Assembly: GCA_030390025.1 (NCBI GenBank)
Contig: CM059435.1
Span: 85,126,001 to 85,190,000 of the forward strand
Reading direction: 5' to 3'
Length of the DNA stretch: 64,000 nucleotides
From: Squalus acanthias
Taxonomy: Eukaryota
The notes beneath the pieces are model-generated. The model saw only the letters and a program-made list of their open reading frames with translations, searched no databases and was not told the DNA's origin. The stretch's first letter is position 1; each line of letters begins with the position of its first letter. Made by a program: the position numbers and the translations under genes. Positions 49,601-62,125 of the stretch are shown one piece after another.

Positions 49601-49710
49601 CCTAATTTCTCCTTATGTGGCTCGGTGTCAAATTTTTTGTCTGATAATACTCCTGTGAAGCGCCTTGGGACGTTTTACTACGTTAAAGGTGCTATATAAA
49701 TACAAGTTGT
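46690..49710 (+). mobile_element. L2 LINE, long degenerate copy (APE endonuclease, RT, 3' UTR)
   Basis: QNVCSLVNK...DIMALTETWL (endonuclease), [38 protein letters not shown]; L2 3' tail. Confidence 0.92.
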
Positions 49711-51073
49711 TATATAAATATTTGTTGTTGCTGCTGCTCTTTGAATGTTTTCCTTAGCTGCTTCTACATTCCTACAGAGCATGTATTGTATGCTCCCATT
49801 GTTACCTAATTTGCATTTTGCTCTTCCAGAAGATGAACTTTGACCAAAAAAAATCTTCTAACCATGCTCAAGATTGTAGTGAGGCCAGATTGGAGAGTGG
49901 AAATAAAATAAAGCCTGAAGTTAAGCTGCTGCCAGCATCTTTGGACCAAAGTTATATTGCACACGAATCTGAATCTGACTAGCACTGAGTTGCAGCAACA
50001 GTAAAACTTTGTGTGTGATTTGACATGTGTAGAATTCCACTCCCTCGGCAAATAATCCTTAATGTTAGGAGAGAGCAGTGGTGGGCACACTCATTTTTTC
50101 CGAGCATAAAAACATTCCATTTGCAGTATTAAAAGTTTCCAGGGGATCGAACAATTTCATGTCTGACTAGAGTTGTGTTGTAGGGGAGATGGGGTTTTTG
50201 CACTGTTTGGCTTTAATAGGTTTGGGCAGCAGGTCAAGATTGCTTTGTGACTTTTCACTCACAACCACTTTGCATCAATGCAAAAGTAACAATATAGTAC
50301 CCAACATTGATTAACTGAGGAATGTGTCCTGCAGAGGAGCTCAGCGACTGCAGTGGTGGGAATGTCAGTGACTACTTTATTACTGTGATTATTGTAGCTG
50401 GAACCAATGTTGACAACTGCTTATGTGAAATAAACATCTTTTGATTTCAATAATCCAGAATTGGCTAGTGCCAACTGGCCTTACACCAGTAGTTGAGAAA
50501 GTTTTTTATCTTTGTTTTGCAGAGCACTTGGAACTGTTTTTAATAAGAGCTTTTCCTGTGCCTACCAAAAACATGTGTGCATTTTCTTTTTTTTTGCCAA
50601 AGAACTTTATGTACTATGAAAATCTAATTATTTGTATTCTTTTATCTGGCCAGTTGATAAGATGTCAATAGATTCAAAAGAATAAACTATTTAAAAATAA
50701 AAATGTAGATCTTGAGGCCTCGCGCTGCATAGAGACGACTGGTTGACACCCCGTCACTTGCCTGCCAAATTTAAATGAGGCTGAGGCCTCAAAATCGCCA
50801 GGGACTCTAAACAGGCAGTCGGCCAGTGCTCTCTGCTGGTCGGTCGCCCAAAAGTTAAAATTTACCCCATTGGGTGTGAGGTGTTTATCAGCCATGGAGA
50901 CGAAAGTTGCTGAATGAGCAAGCAACCTCAAAGTTAGCTCCTTAACATCTTAACTACCTACTGTCTCAGACTCCACACCCTTTTTTTACACTTGCCTTTT
51001 AAAACTCAATTTAAAGTAACTGGTCAAAAGATCCTGAACCGTGACATCAAATCTAATATTTCATCTGGTTTAA

Positions 51074-54000
51074 ACATAGACATAGAAGATAGGAGCAGGA
51101 GTAGGCCATTCGGCCCCTCGAGCCTGCTCCGCCATTCGATGAGATCATGGCTGATCATCCAAACTCAGTACCCTGTACCTACCTTCTCCCCATATCCCTT
51201 GATACCTTTAGCCTTAAGAAATATATCTAACTCATTCTTGAATATATTTAATGACTTCGCCTCAACTACCTTCTGTGGTAGAGAATTCCACAGGTTCACC
51301 ACTCTCTGGGTGAAGAAATTCTTCCTAATTTCTGTCCTAAATGGCTTACCCCTTATCCTTAGATTATGACCCCTGGTTCTGGACTCTCCGACCATCGGGA
51401 ACATTCTTCCTGCATCTAGTTTGTCCAGACCTGACAGAATTTTATATGTTTCGATGAGATCCCCTCTCATTCTTCTATACTCCAGCGAGTATAAGCCCAA
51501 TCGACCCAATCTCTCCTCATATGTCATTCCTGCCATCCCAGGTATCAGCCTTGTGAATCTTCGCTGAACTGCTTCCATGGCAAGAACATCCTTCCTCAGA
51601 TAAGGCGACCAAAACTGCACACAGTACTCAAGGTGTGGTCTCACCAAGGCCCTGTACAACTGCAGCAGGACATCCCTGTGCCTATACTCAAACCCTTTCG
51701 CTATGAAGGCCAACATACCATTTGCCTTCTTCACCACCTGCTGCACCCGCATGCTTACTTTCAGCGACTGGTGCACAAGGACACCCAGGTCTCGTTGCAC
51801 TTCCCCTTCTTCCAATCTATTGCCATTCAGATAATAGTCTGCCTTTCTGTTTTTGACACCAAAGTGGATAACTTCACATTTATCCATGTTATATTGCATC
51901 TGCCACGCTTCTGCCCACTCACCCAACCTGTCCAAATCATCCTGGAGTTTCTCAGTATCCTCCTCGCAGCACACACGCCCACCCAGCTTTGTGTCATCTG
52001 CAAACTTGGAGATATTACATTTAGTTCCCTTATCCAGATCATTAATGTATATTGTGAACAGCTGGGGTCCAAGGACCGATCCCTGCGGTACCCCACTAGT
52101 CACTGCTTGCCACTCGGAAAAAGACCCATTAATTCCTACTCTCTGCTTTCTGCCCGCCAACCAGTTCTCTATCCAAGTCAATACCTTGCCCCCAATCCCA
52201 TGTGCCTTAACTTTACACGCTAATCTCTTATGCGGGACCTTATCGAAAGCCTTTTGAAAGTCCAAATACACCACATCTACTGGTTCTCCCTTATCTATTT
52301 TCCCAGTTACATCCTCAAAAAATTCCAGTAGATTAGTCGAGCACGATTTACCTTTTGTAAATCCATGTTGACTTTGTCCGATCCTGTCACTGTTTTTCAA
52401 GTGCTCAGCTATTACATCCTTTATAATGGACTCTAGCATTTTCCCCACGACCGATGTCAGGCTTACCGGTCTGTAATTCCCCGCTTTCTCTCTCCCACCC
52501 TTTTTGAATAGTGGGGTAACATTAGCTACCCTCCAATCCATGGGTACAGTTCCAGATTCCATCGAATGTTGGAAGATGATCAGCAATGCATCTACTATTT
52601 CTAGGGCCACTTCCTTAAGTACCCTAGGATGCAGATTATCAGGCCCTGGGGATTTATCGGCCTTCAATCCCGTCAATTTCCCTAACACCATTTCCCTGCA
52701 AATACTGATTTCTTTCAGTTCCTCCCTTTCATCAGACCCTATGTTCTCCAATATCTCTGGGAGGTTAGTTGTGTCCTCCTTTCTGAAGACCAAAATATGC
52801 ATTTAATTGGTCTGCCATTTCTTTGTTCTCCATTATAACTTCCCCCCCCCCCCCCCCCCCCCCCTGCTTCTGACTGCAAGGGACCTACACTTGATTTCAC
52901 TAATCTTTTTCTCTTCACATATCTATAAAAGCTCTTAGTCAGTTTTTATGTTCCCTGCGAGCTTACTTTCATATTCTATTTTCCCCTTCTTAATTAATCC
53001 CTTTGTCCTCCTTTGTTGAATCCTAAACTGCTCCCAATCCTCAGGGTTACTGCTTTTTCTGGCCATTGATATGCCCTCTCCTTGGATCTTATGCTATCCC
53101 TAATTTCCCTTGTTAGCCACAGTTGAGTCACCCTTTTTGTTTTATTCTTATGCCACACTGGGATGAACAAATTCTGTTTTCATCCATGCAGTCTTTGAAT
53201 GTTTGCCATTGCCTATCCACCGTCAACCCTTTGAGTGACATTCCCCATCAATCCTACCCAATGCACGCCTCATACCATCGTAGTTTCCTTTATTTAAATT
53301 CAGGACCCTGGTCTGTGATTCAACTACTTCACTCTCCATCCTAATGAAGAATTCGATCATATTATGATCACTCTGGCCCAAGGGGCCTCGTACAACAAGA
53401 TTGCTAATTAATCCTTTCTTGTTACATAATACCCAGTCTAAGATGGCCTGATCTCTGGTTGGTTCCTCGACACATTGTTCCAGAAAACCATCCCGTAAAC
53501 ATTCTAGGAATTCCTCCTCCACAGTATTTTTACTAATTTGGTTAGCCCAATCTATATGTAAATTAAAGTCACCCATGATGACTGCTGTGCCCTTACTGCA
53601 TGCTTCTCTAATTTCCCTTTTAATGCCGTCCCCAACCTCCGTATTACTGTTTGGCGGTCTATATACCACTCCCACTAACGTTTTCTGCCCCTTGTTATTT
53701 CTCAGTTCTACCCATACAGATTCCGCATCATCAGAGCTAATATCCATCCTTTCAATTGTGTTAATCCCCTCTTTAACCAGCAATGCTACCCCACCTCCCT
53801 TTCTTTTTTGCCTATCTTTCCTAAATATTGAATAACCCTGGATGTTGAGTTCCCAGCTTTGGCCACCCGGGAGCCATGTTTCTGTAATCCCAATCAAATC
53901 ATATTCATTTATCTCTATTTGCGCAGTTAATTCATCCACCTTGTTCCGAATGCTCCTTGCATTAAGACACAAAGCCTTCAGGCTTGTTTTTTTAACGCTC

Positions 54001-54320
54001 TCAGACCTATATGAATTATTATTTACTGTGACCACGTTTGATTTAAACCGTTGAGTTCTTTGCCTTCTACTTTTGTTTTTCTCCTTCCTGTCTTTTGCTT
54101 TTATCCTTGTTTCCCTTTCCTCTGTCTCCCTGCTCTGGTTCCCAACCCCTGCCACTTTAGTTTAAACCCTCCCCAACAGCACTAGCAAACACTCCCCCGA
54201 GGACATCGGTCCCGGCCCTGCCCAGGTGCAGACCGTCCCGTTTGTTCTGGTCCCACCTCCCCCAGAACCGGTTCCAATGTCCAAGGAATTTGAATCCCTC
54301 CCCCTTGCACCATTCCTCTA
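51074..54320 (-). mobile_element. Long CR1 LINE: 3' end of ORF1 (SGNH esterase-like), ORF2 endonuclease and RT, 3' UTR
   Basis: ORF1 tail ...GFKFLGHW...DGLHL...AVGEGLN*; ORF 53223-54155 (LNARSI, GITETW, YRPP, GDFN, SDHN); ORF 51165-52802 is an intact 545-aa RT segment; C23 run at 52842-52864. Confidence 0.95.
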
Positions 54321-54324
54321 GCCA

Positions 54325-54977
54325 ATTATTGCGAAAGAATACATCGACTCTGAATTTGCGGACTGAAAAAAGAATCCTAACGTACCTGGTGTCTTGGAAT
54401 CCTCCGGTCCAGGGCTTGCAGGCGTACGCCTGCGTAAAGGCCCAGGGGCGCCAGCGGTTTGCAAGCGTTCCTGGGATCGTGTGTGCCCAATTAAAAGGGG
54501 ATTCCTCTGATGCTTATGGGGATGCCATTTACATACGAAATCCCCATAAGCATAATAGAATTCCCCAAATAAATAAGAATGCACACCACTTAAATAAAAA
54601 TAATGATCACATGTTCAAAATTAATTAAAAGACCCTTTAATTAAGCATTTAAAATCAATTTAATTTTTTGAAAAATAAATGTAAACATTTTAAAACCGGG
54701 CAAAATTTACCTAAACTATTTTTTAATCACTTTTTTAAAAACTTTACTTCAACCCTTACGCTGGTAAAAGAAGGCATTAGGGTTTCGTGGGCACTCTGGG
54801 CAGTAGTTGGGCAAATAGCCCAACTGTGTGCCAACGAAGTGTTGTGCAGCGGATGTGAAACTTGACAGATTGCAAGTTCTGGGTTTTTGCACATGAGCAG
54901 CGCCTGTGGAAACCTGGGACTTGTGGGGCCATTCTGAGCGCAGCGTACGCCATCATTGACCACGTAAAATCCAGGCC
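54325..54977. mobile_element. Harbinger-type MITE fragment
   Basis: Ends in GTAAAATCCAGGCC (reverse complement GGCCTGGATTTTAC, the same TIR type); AT-rich core with GC-rich subtermini. Confidence 0.45.
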
Positions 54978-55803
54978 ATCAATTTATTTTCCTAAAATGG
55001 TTGGATGGGTGATTGTATGCGATTAACTGGTCATTATCACATTGCTGTTTGTGGCACACTGCTGTGAGCAAATTTGCTGTTGCGTTTCCTACACTACAAC
55101 AGTGACTACACTTCAGAGGTACTTCATTGGCTGTAAAGTGCTTTGGGACGTCCTGAGGTGGTGAATGGTGCTATATAAATGCAAGTTATTCTTTTCTTTC
55201 TTCTGGCAAAACTTCCCAAGATACACCACAAGCAGAGTTGGGTGCACAGAAATTTTCTCCCAACTTAATATTGGGAAGCCTGAAGCCATTGTCTTCAGTC
55301 CATGCCACCGACTCCATCCCTCTCCCTGGCAACTGTCTGAGGCTGGACCAGACTGTTTGCAACCTTGGTGTCGTATTTAACTGCGAGATGAGCTTCTGAC
55401 CCCATCTCTGTGCCATCATTAAGACTGCCTATTTGCACCTCTAACATCGCCAGACTCTGCCCCTGCCTCAGCTCATCTGCTGCTGAAACCCTCATCCAAG
55501 CCTTTGTTACCTCCTAGACTTGACTATTCCAATGCACACCTGGCTGACCTCCCATGTTCTACCCTTCATAAACTTAAGCTCATTCAAAACTCTGCTGCCC
55601 GTATCCTAACTCGCACCAAGTCCTGTTCACCCATCACCCCTGTGCTCACTGACCTACATTGGCTCCCAGTTAAGCAACACCTCAATTTTAAAATTCCCAT
55701 CCATGTGTTTTTAACTCCCTCCATGGCCTCACCCCTCTCTAGCTCTGTAACCTCCTGCAGCCCTGCAACCCTCTGAGATATCTGTGCTCCTCCAATTCTG
55801 GCC

Positions 55804-56590
55804 TGGCTCAGTGGGTAGCACTCTCGCCTCCTGAGTCAGAAGGTTGTGGGTTCAAGTCCAACTCCAGAGACCCGAGAGCAAAAATCTGTGCTGACACTCC
55901 AGTGCAGTGCTGAAGGAGTGCTGCACTGTCGGAGGTGCCATCTTTCGGATGAAACGTTAAACCGAGGCCCCGTCTGTGCTCTCGGTGGACGTAAAAGATC
56001 CCATGGCACTATTTGAGAAGAGCAGGGGAGTTATCCCCGGTGTCCTGGCCAATATTTATCCCTTAATCAACACCTTAAATAGATTATCTAGTGATTATAT
56101 ACTTGACAGGGTAGATGCAGAGAGGATGTTTCCCCTCGTGGGGGAATCTAGAACTAGGGGGCATAATTTCAGAATGAGGAGGCACCCATTTAAATCAGAA
56201 ATGAGGAGGAATTTCTTCTGAGGGTCGTGAATCTTTGGAATTCTCTTCCCCAGAGAGCTGTGGAGGCTGGGTCATTGAATATATTTAAGGTGGAGATGGA
56301 TAGATTTTTGAAAGGTAAGGGAGTGCAGGGTTATGGAGAGCGGGAAGGGAAGTGGAGTTGAGGCCAAGATCAGATCAGCCATGATCTTATTGAATGGGGC
56401 CAAATGACCTTCACCTGCTCTTATGTCTTATGTTCTTATCACATTGCTGTTTGTGGGAGCTTGCTGTGCGCAAATTGGCTGCTTCGTTTCCTACATTACA
56501 ACAGTGACTACACTTCAGAAGTACTTCATTGGCTGTAAAGTGCTTTGGGACGTCCTGAGGTTATGAAAGGCGCTATATAAATGCAAGTCT
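55804..56590 (+). mobile_element. SacSINE1-type DeuSINE, interrupted by a CR1 fragment
   Basis: A-box TGGCTCAGTGGG, B-box GGTTCAAGTCC, Deu-domain-like CGTTAAACCGAGGCCCCGTCTG...GTAAAAGATCCCATGGCACTATT; L2-like tail AAAGGCGCTATATAAATGCAAG. Confidence 0.85.
56097..56437 (+). mobile_element. CR1 3'-end fragment nested in the DeuSINE
   Basis: LDRVDAERMFPLVGESRTRGH...RRNFF; (TCTTATG)n tail. Confidence 0.88.
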
Positions 56591-58007
56591 TTCTCCTGCG
56601 CATCCCCGATTTTTAATCGCTCCACCATTGGCGGCCGTGTCTTCAGCTGCCGAGGCCCTAAGCGCTGGAATTCCCTCCCTAAACCTCTCCGCCTCTCTAC
56701 TTCTCTTTCCTCCTTTCAGACTCTCCTTTCAACCTACCTCTTTGACCAAGCTTTTGGTCACCTGCTCCAATATTTCTTTGTGGCTTGGTGTCCATTTTTG
56801 TTTGATAACGCTCCTGTGAAGCACCATGGGACATTTTACTACGTTCAAGATGCTATATAGCTGCAAGTTGTTGTTGTAGTACACTGTACTACCTGTGCTC
56901 CAGGAATTCAAGAGAAACGTCTTTACCCAGAGTGTGGTTGGAATGTGGTACTCACTACCACGAGGAGTAAATGAGGTAAATAGCATAGATGTATTTAAGG
57001 GGACGCTAGATAAGTTCATGAGGATGAAAGGAATAGAAGGGTATGCTGATCAGGGTTGAATGAGAGTGGTGGGAGGAGGCTTGACCATAGACTAGTTGAG
57101 CTGAGTGGCCTGTGTCTGTGCTGTGACTCGCTGTAAGTGGGCAGTTATGCTAGCTTCTTGCAACTTGTAAGTATTTTTATTTTGGAGCGTTTTATTTTTG
57201 GTTTGAATGGCGGCTATTGCAGTAGCTGATCTCTGAGTCTGTTCTGGCTGATGCTTCCGAATCCACATGTGCTCAACAATCTGCGTTATCTTCAAGTTGA
57301 CCTATTACGGTGTTTAAAATTTCCAGCATGCTTTTTCTTTCTATCTTGCCTGAGTGACTGGTTCATCTGAACTCTGCTTTAGTAACGTGGCAGCTGCCTT
57401 GTGCAAAGGAAGGAAGATATTGCTAGAAGTGCAATTAAAATCTTTTGTCATAAAATGGTAGACTGTCTGGTTTAATTGAAGAAAAACTGGTTCTCTGTTC
57501 CCAATTAGTCATCCTTTTCTCTCTCTGGTTGCAGTAAAATATATTGGGCCAGATTTTGCTGGAGCCAGGCTTCTCTCGGTCGGCCCCATTAGACTTGTTT
57601 GTGCATGTTTAGGTTTCACAATGTTGCTGGAAGTGTGAGCTGCTAATGGTGCAGCGAGGGCAACAGGACATCTGGGACCTTGATGAACAACAGGATCAAC
57701 AGTGCATCTCATTGACCAATGAGATTAATGTATTGAGAAATGACTGAACAGGAGGGTGAATGACAGTGGGCGAATTAAATGTCAAATCCGGTACAGAAAT
57801 AAAGATTGGATAAAGAGAAAAGAGACACAGGAAAAGTAAAAGGAAATTAAATTTGACATTTTTAAAAATCTCAAACCATTCACAATCTGACAGAATGAGA
57901 CTCCACACTTATAACTCTTCACTTTCTGGGCAAGAGAGGTTGATTGACAGTCATTAACAATTGTAATGTTATTAAAAGGTTATTATGCTGTTAATTATTA
58001 GACTTGA

Positions 58008-58209
58008 TGCGGAGATGCCGGTGTTGGACTGGGGTGGACAAAAGTGAGAAGTCGCACAACACCAGGTTATAGTCCAACAGTTTTATTTGAAATCACAAGC
58101 TTTCGGAGCTGCTGCTCCTTCGTCACCTGACGAAGGAGCAGCCGTTCCGAAAGCTTGTGATTTCAAATAAAACTGTTGGACTATAACCTGGTGTTGTGCG
58201 ACTTCTCAC
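58008..58209 (-). mobile_element. Second foldback Penelope-type insert with 15-bp TSD
   Basis: Arms 58044-58125 / 58128-58209; TSD AATTATTAGACTTGA at 57993-58007 and 58210-58224; unique extension on the opposite side relative to the 37785 copy. Confidence 0.88.
58123..58160 (+). ncRNA. Minimal type I hammerhead ribozyme motif
   Basis: UCAC-CUGACGA-A-GGAGC-AGCC-GUUCC-GAAA-GCUU-GUGA; stem II kept with one G-U wobble. Confidence 0.7.
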
Positions 58210-59086
58210 AATTATTAGACTTGACTAACTGGTGAGTTTAATGGGCAATTAATGTGCAAATGCAGCAACTTAATGAAAATTGTGGCGATTTCGTGAACGA
58301 ATGGTGGAGCGGCGCAAATCGGTCAGCAACTTGTGCGTAATTCGTGGGATATCTTTTCCTCGCCACAAGTTGCTGGCTGATTTGCGAATTAATAACTGTG
58401 TGTCGTTCAATCAATTTTTTTTCAACATATCTGATCCATTGACTTTATAGCCATTGTCACATGACCGCTTGCAGTAAGTATTTAAATCCTGTGGCAACAG
58501 CTGTTTTATTTGAACTCTGGTAAGAAAGATGTGAAGCCACTAATGAACACTAACTGCAGCAAACCGTTTGAATTTTGTGTGCGAATGTATGTATTTGTGT
58601 GGTGCTGAATGTGTAAATTATACCATCCAATGTGGTACTGTGCCATGCAGTCCAGGAAGATATCTGGTTAGTCTAGTCCCTAGTCGGCACTGATTTCTGG
58701 GGCCACAGTTAGCCTTGGTGCTGTGGGCTAGGGGTGTGGGGGTGGGGGCGGGGGAAGAAAATCAGCCAGGGTTCCTGCAGTTTAATGCTTTCTCTGGGAC
58801 CAGGTGAAACTATTGTATTTCTTAAGTAAAATTCTTAATTTATTTTCATGGTGCATTCTTTTATACTGTGGGTACAAGAAGAAACTAGCAAGGACATTAG
58901 ATTATTTGTGAGGGGAATGCCAGTTGTGGTTTCTCCTGGGTGGTGAAGATAGAGATGGTATTGTAAACTGTAAGAGCAATGCTCAAGCAGTCTGTCATTG
59001 CCAACTTAAACCTGTGGTGCATTCACTCTACAAGTTCAGCATTGGTATGAGTCAGTTCTAGCCTCTCACCAATATTTAACTTCTGG

Positions 59087-59552
59087 GGGGGTGGTCTTCA
59101 ACTCCCGACTGTAACAGGCTTGAAGTTGACAAAGCGGCCACACCACCCACCCATTCTTGCCAGCCCGGCCTCACTTAAATGCCGCTGGTGAGCTGTAGGC
59201 GCTGTGCTGCAGCTCGCCAGTTGTGGGAGGGTGGGAAATTGGCCTGCTCCCACACTAAGCTGTCTGGCAGGTTGGGTTTGGGTGGTCATTGAACAGGCTG
59301 GCGGCCTGCTTCTCCTGGCTCCATGGTACCTGAAAGTTGTAATCTGGATCCTACAAATGGTGTAGGATCTGCATTTCCATGTTAAAGCAATCTGTTTCAG
59401 GCAAATGGGCTACTCTCCCATTTACAGGCCTGCCTGAAATTTGCATCAGGTGGGCCTTGGGTGGCTAATGTACCCCCACCCCAATTTTTCAATTGCTGGC
59501 TACCAGTTTTTCAGGTGCAAAATTGGGCGGCCAGCAATTGAAAATCACCCCC
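59087..59552. mobile_element. Harbinger-type MITE
   Basis: TIRs GGGGGTGGTCTTCAA / TTGAAAATCACCCCC (13/15), similar to the 45059 element; TSD unclear. Confidence 0.6.
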
Positions 59553-59694
59553 GTGAAGTGCAAATCACTGTCCAGGCCTCATTGACTCTGAAACGAAGCA
59601 GAATTGGACCACCTCCAGGGAGTCTCGCTCTACTTGGTTCCAATATGAGTTCTAACTTGGATTCAAACTTTATTTACACTATTAATGCAGAGCT

Positions 59695-60945
59695 CGGTGA
59701 AATGGATAGCCAGCTGGCTGCAGAATTGATAACTGACTGGCTGCCAGACGGAAAGCAGAGAGTAGGGGTAAAGGGTAGCTTTTCAGAGTGGCAGAAGGTG
59801 GAAAGTGGGGTCCCACGAGGATCAGTGCTGGGATCACTATTGTTCACAATTTATATTAATGAATTTGACTTTGGAATCAAACACAATTTCTAAATTTGCG
59901 GGTGACACCAAATTGGGAAGGATTGTCAATACTGCAATAAATTACAAGAAGACATTAATAAACTTGCAGAATGGGCACATAATTGGCAAATGAAGTTCAA
60001 TGCAGAAGTGTGAGGTTAGGGTTAACATTTTGGTATGAAAAATTAAGGAGGCCACATTACTTGGAAAATAAGGATCTTAGAGGAGCAAAGGGATCTGGGA
60101 GTACAACTACAGAAATCACAAAGTAGCAATGCAGGTTAATAAGCCATTTAAAAAAAAAAAGCAAACCAAGCACTCTAGTTTATTTCTAGAGAGATAGAAT
60201 TGAAAAATAGAGAAGTTATGCTAAACTTGTATCGAACTTTGATTAGACCACACTTGCCACAGTATGCCATATTATGAAAAGGATATAGAGGCACTGGGGA
60301 GGGTGCAAAAAATATTTACAAGCAGGAGAGGATGAATGAGTTAGATATATTTCTTAAAGCTAAAGGTATCAAGGGATATGGGGAGAAGGCAGGTACAGGG
60401 TACTGAGTTTGGATGATCAGCCATGATCTCATCGAATGGCGGAGCAGGCTCAAGGGGCCGAATGGCCTACTCCTGCTCCTATCTTCTATGTTTCTATGAA
60501 CAGGCTGGGAGTCTTTTTTTTTTAAAATTTCTCTTGGAAAAGAGAAGGCTGAGGGGTGACCCAATAGAGGTCTTTAAAATTATGAAAGACTTTGATAGAG
60601 TAGACACAGAGAGAATGTTTCCACTTGTGGGGAAGAGCAAAACTAGAGGCCATCAATGTAAGATAGTCACCAAGAAATCAAATAGGGAATTCAGAAGAAA
60701 CTTCTTTACCCAGAGAGTGGTGAGAATGTGGAACTCGCTACCACAGGGAGTGGTTGAGGCAAATAGTATAGATGCATTTAAAGGGAGGCTAGATAAGCAT
60801 ATGAGGGAGAAGGGAATAGAGGGTTATGCTGATGGTTAGTTAGATGAGGAAGAATGGGAGGAGGCTCGAGTGGAGCATAAACGCTGGCATGGACTGGTTG
60901 GGCTGAATGGCCTGTTTCTGTCCTGTACATTGTGTAATTCTATGG
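59695..60945 (+). mobile_element. Degenerate CR1 LINE with a younger CR1 3' tail nested at ~60330-60498
   Basis: GVPRGSVLG, KFAGDTK, FFTQRVVRMWN; nested segment ends in (TTCTATG)n and is nearly identical to the 3' ends at 5127 and 51074. Confidence 0.88.
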
Positions 60946-62014
60946 AACTTCTTTGCTCCAAAATTACAGGGTCAGTGCTTTAAAATGTACTCTTGCCTAT
61001 ATTCTTTTTATAATTGAGTTGTGGGAATGAGGGATGGAAATGGTTTATCCAAGTGATAATGGGGTGCGTGGGGTAGTGAAAATATCCAACAATTTTGTTT
61101 CCATTAAGAGAATTTGGGATCAGAATTTGAGAGAAATCCTTGGTGTTCCACATGCTGTTAACAATTACTCAAATTCAAATAGTATTTCTTTCCTTATAAT
61201 TTCCCTTGTCAGAAATTGCTAATAAAATGTTCCGATCAAAAGCTACAGCTTGGACAAAGGACAGTGACTACTCAATGTACTTCATATTTTCAACTGTTTT
61301 TAAGGTGTAATTCATAGCTATATAGCATGAACAATTATCCAGGAATACAGGTAATACTTTCAGTAGATAAAACAGCAGTGATATTTTTGTGAACTTTGTA
61401 TACAGTTAATGAGCTTCTCCGGCAAGCAGCCATTGTTCTGTTTTCATACAAGTGAATGCATTCAAGGGGCCCTGGTTTTATGCTGCTTTCCTCTTTTTTT
61501 AATGTATATTTGCACCTAACCCAAATTGTATTTTATTTTAAATAGCATAGGTTTTTACTATCTGTTCCTAATGCACTGTTTACACCATGTCCACTCTGAT
61601 TTGTGGGTCTAGCACCTCTGCAAGCTGGCTCCATTTCCAAAATAGTACTTAATACAAGGCTGTGCCTGCTCACATAAGTTGCATTCTACAGGAGGCTTGA
61701 ATTATGTTGGCTTTAAAAATGATTAAAATCAGGCTCTCCCTTTTAAGCAGGTATTTTTCACAAAAGCCAGAAGATTCTCTTTGATTTATTTTGGCAAATA
61801 CATTCACCCTAGATCATAGACGCATTGTATATCTTGAGTTTATGCTGTTAGTCATGAATAAGAGCCAAATCACATGATTCAGCTCCTCGGCCCCTATTTG
61901 TCACTATGAAGAATAGAATTCAAAACATGGAACTTGGTAAGCTGCTGAAAAGTTGGTTGTGTTTGAATTTGGCACCAGACATTTTCCAGATGGCCAAATG
62001 AATCGCTTGTTATA

Positions 62015-62125
62015 ATACTGAGTCATGCAGACCAGCAAGGCCCCAGGTTCAGTCTCTGCTGAGTTACCTGATCTTCGCTGCAGCAATGGTAGGAACACTG
62101 CAATTTGCCTCCGTGTGCTTGTGCA
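62015..62125 (+). mobile_element. LF-SINE-like fragment
   Basis: ACTGAGTCATGCAGACCAGCAAGGCCCCAGGTTCAGTCTCTGCTGAGTTACCTGATCT; paralogous to 17995-18215. Confidence 0.45.

Larger units (their letters stand above)
55245..56878 (+). mobile_element. L2 LINE 3' part, interrupted by a SINE
   Basis: QLNIGKPEAIVF, RLDYSNAHL...IQNSAAR; 3' UTR resumes at ~56591 and matches 49440-49710; (TTG)n tail. Confidence 0.88.
57546..58420. mobile_element. Harbinger-type MITE hosting a PLE foldback insert
   Basis: Begins GGGCCAGATTTTGC (same TIR type); right end not clearly defined. Confidence 0.4.
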
